NCBI GenBank assembly: GCA_051362555.1
Contig: CM120646.1
Location: 868,001 to 932,000 of the forward strand
DNA: 64,000 bases
Reading direction: 5' to 3'
DNA from: Lingula anatina
Taxonomy: Eukaryota; Animalia; Brachiopoda
Part shown: in pieces, positions 1 through 7,821 of the stretch
Numbering within the stretch: the first letter of the stretch is position 1
Layout: each line of letters opens with the position of its first letter
Program-made: the position numbers and the translations under genes
The notes under the pieces: generated by a model
What the model was told of the DNA's origin: nothing
The model's input: only the letters and a program-made list of their open reading frames with translations
Databases searched by the model: none

Positions 1-654
1 AGTTGTTCCTGAAGATGACTCTTACCAATCGAAGCATTGTTTGCTGTAGAATGTTTCTGTAGGAATCCTGGATGAGGTTGCCTCCTAGAAAAACCAACTG
101 GTTCTGGGCACCAACATGAAATGCTCCCCAAACAGAGACGTTACCATCCCCTGCTTGCACCCTAGGCAGTACACAATCATCGGTTTATGTCCCTCGTACA
201 CGTCGGTGGACACGAATTCGACGATCAACCCTAAAAAATCCATATCTGGCCTCATCACTGAAAACGACGTGATTCCAGTGTTTTGGCTGCAAACGCACGT
301 GGTCCCCAGCCCATTGCAGACGTCGCTGTATATGACCTCCTGTTAACAGTGGTTTCCCTACTGGCCTTTGTGCAAAATAACCGGCTTGCAGTAATCTCTT
401 GTTCACGAGGGACCTTGAAACGGGCGTTTGAATGACATTCTGCCTCTCTTTTCTGAGGACACTGTTTGTCTTTGTACGACCAGCACGGCGTCCTCTAGGG
501 AGAAGGCGATCCTGTCTTCTTGGTGTGATACGCGGACACCCTGGTCGAGGTATTGGAGTAGGTGCCCCTGTTGCAGCAATTCTTTGGAGGACTTCACAAA
601 CGGTTCCTTTATAAATGTTGAATTACCTGGCAATGGCTGTCCGTTTCTGGCCAT
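1..654 (-). pseudogene. Degenerate Tc1-family transposase remnant, truncated by the window start
   Basis: ORF 185..406 reads KPLLT..HIQRRLQWA....HWNHVVFSDEARY (Tc1 DNA-binding region plus first catalytic D). Reading through the in-frame TAA at 185-187 gives GDGNVSVWGAF...LVFLGGNL...YRNILQQ, the Tc1 GGxVMVWG/Y..IL block. The upstream part (403..654) is in another frame. Confidence 0.85.
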
Positions 655-1030
655 TTTCTCTTAGAGCAAGAATCCCATAGTAAGCTGCGTTGCTTAGCTG
701 TCGAACCATATCTTCACTAATGTACCTGCCAAGTTTCAGAGCGATCCCTTTGTTGCTTCTCTAAACACACTCCAAAGATTGACCACACCCATGCGTTTTT
801 ATACAAGGGCAGAAATTGCCGAAAAGACCACCCCTCACATTTCTGACCACAGAACATGCAACTGCATGCATCAATTGTTTCGAGAGTTGTGTGGTAATTA
901 GGTAACACACCTGGCTACACATGGAGTGACACCTCAGCTTTGGATTTAAAGTAGTTAGAGAGAAATTAAATATTTTGTAGAAAATTTACTCGCCAAAAAA
1001 TAATATTCCATATTAAGTGGTAACCCTGTA
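1..1030 (-). mobile_element. Tc1/mariner element remnant; possible terminus TA|CAGGGTTACC on the minus strand near 1030
   Basis: Transposase remnant plus a TA-CAG-type end typical of Tc1/mariner. The partner TIR is outside the window, so the boundary is tentative. Confidence 0.45.
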
Positions 1031-1135
1031 GCTACGTATATATTCTTGCTCCAGAAACATCGTGCGTTTTTACACTGCCATTGCTTTTCACATTTGTGAT
1101 AAGACTGAACTCGGTAAAATAACGCCATGACCTGT

Positions 1136-1378
1136 TTGGTGGTGGTGGGTGGCAGAGGGGGGGGGGGGGGGAGGGGACACCCTGTACGGTGGTAGTTGGG
1201 GGGCATCCTGTGTAATGGTGGAGGGGGGCACAATGTGTGGTTGGGGGGACACCCTGTGAAATGATGGCAGACGCCCTTTGTGGAGGGCGGGGGGACACCC
1301 TATGAGGTGGTGGTGGGGGGGGGGGGGGCACCTAGTGTGGTGATGGGGGGGGGGGGCGGCACCTAGTGTGGTGGGGAA
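1136..1378 (+). repeat. G-rich imperfect minisatellite (unit approximately GTGGTGG-Gn-ACACCCTGT), G-quadruplex-prone
   Basis: About six recurrences of G runs followed by acaccctgt/catcctgt/cacctagt. It produces the poly-Pro pseudo-ORFs on the minus strand. Confidence 0.8.
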
Positions 1379-1454
1379 GAAATTAGCCTGTCTGGTGGTC
1401 ATGTTCAATCTGAAACTCGATCTCGTGTGCATAACTAGCTAGAACTATTATATG

Positions 1455-1492
1455 ATGTGTGTGTGAGTGTGTGTTTGTGTGTGTGTGTGTGT
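1455..1492. repeat. (GT)n microsatellite
   Basis: Direct reading. Confidence 0.95.
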
Positions 1493-1504
1493 CAGAACCC
1501 TTAC

Positions 1505-1882
1505 CTGGTCATAAAACTTGAGACTCTGTGGCACGCTGTGAAACCCAAAATACGGTCTGGCATGTTTATCCTTCTGACCATTATAAGGAGGGACGACCGG
1601 TCCCACCTTGGGGTTGGCCTTAGCATAGTCCCCGGCTATACTTCCACACGCTATATTGTCCCGTATGAACCCCTTCTCCATGGCCAGCATTTCCTCGGGT
1701 GGGGGGGTCGGGGGTGTGCGGTAGATTTTGTTGGCACGCGACTTCCTCGGCGAGCGAGGAGAGCGGGGCGCTGATGCCACGCTGTGTCGGGGACTGTCCC
1801 GTCTCGGGCTGCTTTGACGGGGGCTTTCAGCGGGCTTAGGACTCCCTGCCGTTGGACTTCCTGGGTTTTCCTCGTCTGCCAT
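1505..1882 (-). CDS. C17orf98: First coding exon of a C17orf98/SPMAP1 (DUF4542) family ciliary/sperm microtubule protein with a Ser-Pro-Arg-rich N-terminal extension
   Basis: MEKGFIRDNIA...DYAKANPKVGPVVPPYNGQKDKHARPYF....VPQSLKFYDQ matches the family pattern as I recall it (EKGFILDGVA...PK....IPPYNAQQDYHARSYF...VPPLL..TDQ). ATG at 1882, phase-0 donor CAG|GTAAGG at 1505/1504, 126 codons. Later exons lie outside the window. Confidence 0.88.
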
Positions 1883-2132
1883 GTTTACTGTATGTCACGT
1901 ACCACAGCTAGATTGACGAACAAATTGAATGGTTTTGTCCCGTATTATCTTCCTGGGGCTGTTTAATTACTCGGTTCTTTAGCTAAAACAGTGCCAATAT
2001 CCAAACGTGATCCTAGAAGACGCGCAAAAGGATCAAAGTGCTGCTTTGTCCCAATTTCAGCGTCCTACTCCGAGGAAGGTATCAAGTCCTAGTACTGCAC
2101 TGTGTTAATGCACGCACTCGCATTCTGTGACG

Positions 2133-2146
2133 GTTGCTATGTAGGG
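2133..2146. promoter_or_regulatory. RFX X-box half-site (GTTGCTAT) about 250 bp upstream of the C17orf98-like ATG
   Basis: GTTGCTATGTAGGG in a locally CpG-richer stretch. X-boxes are typical of ciliary gene promoters. Confidence 0.45.
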
Positions 2147-2621
2147 GCGCGAGGTCAGGTCCCCATTATACTGCCATTGATCATTAAATAAATAAAGAAT
2201 GCAGGCGGGGGACTGAACTAGGACATATTTAACCTGTTGGGTCCATATTTCACATTATGTGTGACTTATGTGTAAATTTTAATGATGGCCGTATTATAAT
2301 TTTCTATAGGTTGAGGGCAATTGGACCATGAATACATGGGCAAATAATTATTGTCCAAAAAGACAATTTATTTATCTGATTTACAACTTTTGTGTGCTGG
2401 CCTGATTAGCTATATATTTGGAGTGTCCCATGTATATATAGACTCTAAAATTTTAATTTTAAAAAACATTTACTCTCTTAAATCTTTAAGTCGGTATAAG
2501 AAAGGTATAAATAAAGATTTGTTCTGAAGAGAATATTTCAAATCATGTCTCTTAGCGTTACACACAAAGCCCCCTGAAGCTTGGTACGTCATGCATTTTT
2601 GAATCGGATAATCCCTTTTAA

Positions 2622-2802
2622 CTGGCAGTATAACGTATCGTGTTTCCCCGCCTGGATCAATGTGGCCCATCCGCCGCGATAATGGCGTCTAGTTGCTATG
2701 GCACCACGTGACCTGTGTTACTTTCGCCCCAAGAATCAGCTGATGACTATACTTATAAACGATATTGCTTACTATTTACGTTTGTGTACCTGTATACTGC
2801 CT
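2622..2802. mobile_element. Short TTAA-flanked non-autonomous DNA element (Kolobok-like) containing an X-box-like motif at 2692-2705
   Basis: TTAA-ctGGCAGTATA ... TATACTGCCt-TTAA inverted ends; internal GTTGCTATGGCACC. Confidence 0.5.
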
Positions 2803-3074
2803 TTAAAGATCGTTAAGACTATGATCCTTCCATTATTTAGAATAATGAGTTGCACCAGATTAATTATAATAATAATAATTTATTCGAGCATTAAATGTGG
2901 CAGTTACATTTGTTAGCCCTCTATACTACAAATATATAACTAAATAAAAGTTATACATCACTATGGATTACTACTAATACAGTGTTTAAGATTATTAATT
3001 ACAGTGTATACGTTGTTTAAAATACTTATTACAATTGTAAATAGTTCAATACACTGAGGGAATTAAACAGCAAG

Positions 3075-3361
3075 AAATTTATTTTACTGCTCATGACGTC
3101 ACCCCTATACTCTAGATCCGATACTTCAAAAGCAATCATTTTTAAAGAAAAACAAAACATCCATTACCCAGACAACATTTTATAAATATTAAATCAATAT
3201 TATATGATAAATATTGGTAATATGATTTTGTATAGCTTTGATATATATTTGTCTTAATTTAATTTATAAAGATAATAACCTTTTTCTATAATATCTCACA
3301 AATGGCATTTTGACAGACATATGAAAATTGCATTAGTTGTGCTGTAGTACCGTGTACAGGT
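3075..3361 (+). promoter_or_regulatory. U3 copy 1 upstream region: CRE-like TCATGACGTCAC (~3091) and PSE-position block (~3297-3345)
   Basis: Both blocks recur at the same distances upstream of copy 2 (about -270 and -65 to -20). Confidence 0.6.
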
Positions 3362-3583
3362 AAGATCATACTTTTAGGGATCATTTCTATAGTATGTATC
3401 GCCGGGACGTCAGGTAAAACTGATACCGGACTGTACACTCTGATGACGAGGTGCAGCATCCCCTTCTGAGCGCGAAGCGGGCTCCAGATGCTACTTCCGG
3501 GTAGCTGGTCTGGGGTCATTGATGACCGTTCCGCTCTTCCATAAGTGGAGAGTTGGAGGAGGGGGATGCATTCAGAGGAGTGT
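3362..3583 (+). ncRNA. U3: U3 snoRNA gene, copy 1
   Basis: 5' AAGATCATACTTTTAGGGATCATTTCTATAG (boxes A'/A), box C' GATGACGA, box B GAGCGCGAAGC, box C TGATGA, box D variant CAGA, terminal stem ACACTC/GAGTGT. Length 222 nt; followed by a GTTT..AAAGAAAGA 3'-box-like sequence. Confidence 0.95.
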
Positions 3584-4184
3584 TTTTTTATAAAGAAAGA
3601 AAAAATAGAAGCCAAGGAACTTTCATTCTCTCTAACATCTCCTGTACGCTGGCAGCGTCCGTTCAGCGTTCTTTGTTCCCATGAAACTGGCAATTCTAGG
3701 TTGTGGAAAGAAGGTACAAGCATTGATACAAGTATAGTTGCAGAATGAATGCCAATGATCGGCCAGTTGTCGCCACGTTAAGATTTTTTTTACTCTCAAA
3801 CGGGGCCGTACTACGTCACGCTGAAAGAACGCCGTCAACTGTAAAGGGGCTTGAAAAACGAAGGTGAATTAGGAGGAGAGAGGGGGGGGGGTGGACGGCG
3901 GAGACACCAATATTTTTGACCACTGGTGACACCAACGACACCCAATGTCGTTAGTATAGACTGCAGAATATGGCAGAACTATTTCAACAATTGCAGTAAA
4001 CATTATTACTAATGTCAGTAAGCCATTAATTATCTGCTGGAAAGGGACTTCCTTCGAAGTATTAAAGATTGGTGATGAAAAGAAAACAAATTGAATCATG
4101 TACTGCCTGTTAAGATCACTTAGACCTTGGTCCGACCATTATATTTGATAGCGAGAGGCATCAGAAGAAATAAAACGGCAAAAG

Positions 4185-4466
4185 TTTTACCACACCGTTC
4201 ATGACGTCACTCCTAGACTTCAAAGCCGATATTTCAAAAAACAAACAATTTTATAAGAAAAATCAATAATAAGGCTAGGGTGGTTCTTAAAAATTATATT
4301 AATAATATAAAAGTAATTTAACTATTATGATGTTATATAGTACATTGGTAAACATTTCATGGCTTAATTAATAAAGATAATTATTTTTTCCTATAACATT
4401 TCAACAAAGGCATTTTGACAGACATATGAAAATTGCATTAGTCGTGCTGTAGTTCGTTAAACAGGC
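4185..4466 (+). promoter_or_regulatory. U3 copy 2 upstream region (TCATGACGTCAC ~4199; PSE-position block ~4401-4450)
   Basis: Shares GGCATTTTGACAGACATATGAAAATTGCATTAGT exactly with the copy 1 upstream region. Confidence 0.6.
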
Positions 4467-4688
4467 AAGATCATACTTTAAGGGATCATTTCTATAGTAG
4501 GTATCGCCGGGACGTCAGGTAAAACTGATACTGGACTGTACACTCTGATGACGAGGTGCAGCATCCCCTTCTGAGCGCGAAGCGGGCTCCAGGTGCTACT
4601 TCCGGGTAGCTGGCCTGGGGTCATTGATGACCGTTCCGCTCTTCCATAAGTGGAGAGTTGGAGGAGGGAGATGCATTCAGAGGAGAGT
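4467..4688 (+). ncRNA. U3: U3 snoRNA gene, copy 2
   Basis: Colinear with copy 1 (offset 1105 bp), about seven substitutions, all boxes retained. Followed by A26 at 4691-4716. Confidence 0.93.
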
Positions 4689-4719
<31 letters not shown>

Positions 4720-5087
4720 GAACAGAAAACACGAGCCAAATACTATCTTCTACCACGGCGACATCTTGATTTTTCACCAGATATTGATTTTCACCAGATG
4801 GCTAAATGTGGCCAATCTTCTAAATGCGAACCAAATGACCGTCTATTTGACCGTCTAATGATTTCAAGATGGCCGACAGCTGCAGTCACCTGTAAGTGCT
4901 CTGTGAAACTATGGCCTAAAGCACCGTAACCAAAAAGTTATTTCTTATCCAAAGGTGTAAGATAGACATTTAAAGATACAAAGAGAAGATTCCCTAAAAG
5001 TTTATAAGGAGAAATAGAGGAACAGGTAGGAAAAACTACACTTAACCTGTGGACCAGGGAAATCTCAAACAAACAAAGGAAGACAAG

Positions 5088-7253
5088 ATGGAGGACTATT
5101 ACAGCATCCTTGGTGTTCAACCTGAAGCAAGCACAGATGAGATAAGGGATGCGTTCACATCCAAAGTAAGCAAAATTACTGTACTTAATGATGGAAAACT
5201 ACAAGCAGACTCTGTTGCATATTTCACACTCATGAACCCAGTCACCAGACAGAAATATGATAAAGCAAGAGGATTGGATAATAGTGTCTCCTACACAACT
5301 GATCAGTATTTTGGGCCAAATGTGGAAGCTGTACAGCACAATAGTCAGTGTGCTATAGTCAGTATTAGCACAGTGAACCTAGTAAAAAGGTGGACTGAAG
5401 CCAGTAAACAATACCACAAACCAGACACTGAAAATGAAGTTAATGATGGCAGCGGGTACCAGCTGAAATTTCAGTATAAAGGCCCCAGTGGAATCAGTCT
5501 AGGTGCAATATCATTGACATTCTATCACACCGCCAAATCCAAGAAGATCCACGTACAGGGAGCTCCATACATACTATGGCTAGCATTTGATTATCCAAAG
5601 ATAGCCATGATTGTTTCATCCCCCAAAATGATACAGCAACCATCTATGTCAACATCCAAAGAAACTACAGAAGAAGAGGGAGATTGTGAATCGCCTATTC
5701 GCAGCAGTCAAACATCAGTGAAGAGATCAAGGAGAAACTCACAGACAGGATTCAGATCTAAACTGGGCACAAACTTTAAAGAAAGCCGTACGGAGAGAGA
5801 AGTGGGGAAGATGCAAGAGACCCTGCAAGCAGTGGAAGCAGGTTATGCTGAACTACTGTTTAAAACCACAGATATGAAAAGAAATGACACAAAAACAAAT
5901 GATCTTCTGGCCAGTCAAATAAATACTCTGAGTGAAAATGTGGGACACTTATCAGTTAAGTCAGCCAGTGACCACCAGGAATTGTTGAGACTCTTAACAC
6001 AGCTTTCAGACAAATTAACTAAGTTAACGGAAGAAGTGGATAATATGCGCCAACAAAAACAAGCCCCAAAACAACTGAACATTGCTGTTGATAAAAGCAC
6101 ACAGAGTGAGACCAGTGAACCAGCTGGAGACAAAGGCACTCAGTGTGAACTCACTGTGACTGCAAACAAAAGCACACAGTGTACTCAGTGCGAGGACAAA
6201 GGACTTCCCCTAATTACAGATAACAGGGAGATACAGCCCCAGGACTCTGCACCGCCCACACTTTCCACCATCCTAACACCATCAACAATTGCTATGGAGA
6301 TGTTACAACCCACCTCACAATTAACTTCTGAAGAAAAGAGAAGTGTTATTCATTCCACTCCAGTGGAGGAGCCCACGGAAAAAAGCACAAAGGAAAACAC
6401 AAAACATCCACACCCACCTTCCGCAAATGCTGATCATGAACCTGGACAATTGACACATGTGGAACCAGCACAAAACATACCTGTGCTACCTGATGAAAAA
6501 GAGCTGTCACAAGAGGGAGTACTGATAAACTCAAGCGAAAACACAGTTAGTCATGAGAATATTGTAATAGCAAGTTCCATTGGGAAAGGACTATCGGCCA
6601 ATAGACTCTTTCCACGCACAAGAAGTAAATGCTTTGTACTAAGTGGGAAGAAAATCACAGATGCAATGGAATTAATCAGAGAAAAAGATTTCGGCAAGCC
6701 TAAGACAATCACTGTAATCATGGGATCAAACAACATCAGTGAAGGGCAACACCCACAAAGTGTTGCTGACCAAACAATGACCCTTTTAGACAGCATTGAA
6801 CAAAAATACCCAGAAACTCAAATTATCCTTAGCAACATCTTGCCGAGATGGGGAAACCACAATTTCAACAGAGCTGCTGTACAAACCAACAGGCAAGTAC
6901 AGCAACTCTGCCGCTCACATACCAAGGTCCAATACATGGACAACATCAACCTCACCGGCAGAAGGGAACTGTTCAAATGGGATGGTGTCCACCTCACCCC
7001 ACGTGGGACCAGTACTCTAGCGCGCAACATAAAGGATGCCACCAGGCAACCAAATCCACTTCACACAGCACCAACAAGTAGCCACAGCCCCATTGCTACT
7101 AAAGCCCATCAGCAACAACACCATGGGGATCATCGCAAATGGAAACATTCACCTCATCAGTGGAACCCACCCAACATCAAGGGTAACTCTATTGAGATTG
7201 AACTAAAACTCCTACGTGAGTGTTTGAGCAAACTGGAAACTAAAATTCGCTAA
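5088..7253 (+). CDS. LINE ORF1p (721 aa): J-like domain, TBP-like motif domain, coiled coil, KxTQ repeats, SGNH/GDSL esterase
   Basis: First ATG at 5088 in AAGATGG context, with an in-frame TAA at 5043. DYYSILGV..AS.DEIR.AF...AY.TL.NP..RQKYD (J-fold). SGNH blocks VIASSI, SG, GSNN, DGVHL at about 6555-7040. Confidence 0.9.
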   Translation: MEDYYSILGVQPEASTDEIRDAFTSKVSKITVLNDGKLQADSVAYFTLMNPVTRQKYDKARGLDNSVSYTTDQYFGPNVEAVQHNSQCAIVSISTVNLVKRWTEASKQYHKPDTENEVNDGSGYQLKFQYKGPSGISLGAISLTFYHTAKSKKIHVQGAPYILWLAFDYPKIAMIVSSPKMIQQPSMSTSKETTEEEGDCESPIRSSQTSVKRSRRNSQTGFRSKLGTNFKESRTEREVGKMQETLQAVEAGYAELLFKTTDMKRNDTKTNDLLASQINTLSENVGHLSVKSASDHQELLRLLTQLSDKLTKLTEEVDNMRQQKQAPKQLNIAVDKSTQSETSEPAGDKGTQCELTVTANKSTQCTQCEDKGLPLITDNREIQPQDSAPPTLSTILTPSTIAMEMLQPTSQLTSEEKRSVIHSTPVEEPTEKSTKENTKHPHPPSANADHEPGQLTHVEPAQNIPVLPDEKELSQEGVLINSSENTVSHENIVIASSIGKGLSANRLFPRTRSKCFVLSGKKITDAMELIREKDFGKPKTITVIMGSNNISEGQHPQSVADQTMTLLDSIEQKYPETQIILSNILPRWGNHNFNRAAVQTNRQVQQLCRSHTKVQYMDNINLTGRRELFKWDGVHLTPRGTSTLARNIKDATRQPNPLHTAPTSSHSPIATKAHQQQHHGDHRKWKHSPHQWNPPNIKGNSIEIELKLLRECLSKLETKIR

Positions 7254-7372
7254 ATGACAAACAGAAAGTCTGCCTTGAAACACAACAATAGTAACACAGG
7301 ACTGTTTACACCAATTTAAAGCCAAGTAGGTGTCTTTAGTACAATAAGAGAAGCCAAAATGTAAGTACGCCT

Positions 7373-7373
<1 letters not shown>

Positions 7374-7419
<46 letters not shown>
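7374..7419 (+). repeat. T46 homopolymer in the inter-ORF spacer
   Basis: Direct reading. Preceded by GTAAGT (7361) and followed by ACAG. Confidence 0.95.
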
Positions 7420-7422
<3 letters not shown>

Positions 7423-7821
7423 GATAAAATCATGCTGCATGCTGTACATAATTTTCAGATGTGCATTATATAAACTGTATCACAGTACATGTTATCTACA
7501 ATTACTTAGTTTATAAATGAAGTTCAATCTTTTTCCATATTTTATCATGGCAATATGAATATAGTTAGTAAATGAAAAGCACTGTAACAGTGTAGTATGG
7601 AAGATACCATATCATATCAGTGATGGATAATTTACTGAGTGTGGAGAGGTACAAGCATGTATTTATCTATTTATTTAAAGGTTGATAACATGATTAAGAA
7701 GAGAAACTGCCAAAAGTTACATCTTGTTATAAAAAGTATAATAATTTTATGGTTATATATTGTATGTTAGGTGCTTAAGGTAATAGTTTCACTGTATGAA
7801 AGAATATAAGACAGTTTTGTC

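Noticed and set aside
955-1432. Proline-rich (extensin/formin-like) ORFs
   Set aside because: They are translations of the G-rich minisatellite in three frames, inside an intron.
3440-3450. CTGATGA as a hammerhead ribozyme core
   Set aside because: It is U3 box C'; there is no stem II/GAAA arrangement.
4467-4716. U3 copy 2 followed by A26 as a retroposed pseudogene or a U3-LINE template-switch chimera
   Set aside because: About 280 bp of upstream promoter sequence and the downstream spacer are duplicated too, so this is a DNA-level tandem duplication. About 175 bp of spacer separates U3 from the LINE.
3286-4777. Paralogous minus-strand ORFs 3286..3723 and 4478..4777
   Set aside because: They are antisense translations of the two U3 genes, not proteins.
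4770-5040. HDV-like ribozyme at the LINE 5' end
   Set aside because: I could not find the nested pseudoknot pairings or the conserved P3/L3 sequence by eye. A descriptor search would be needed to exclude it fully.
5088-5264. ORF at 5049/5088 as a host DnaJ gene
   Set aside because: It is intronless, lacks HPD, is fused to an SGNH domain, and sits directly upstream of an APE-RT ORF with the same A-rich strand bias.
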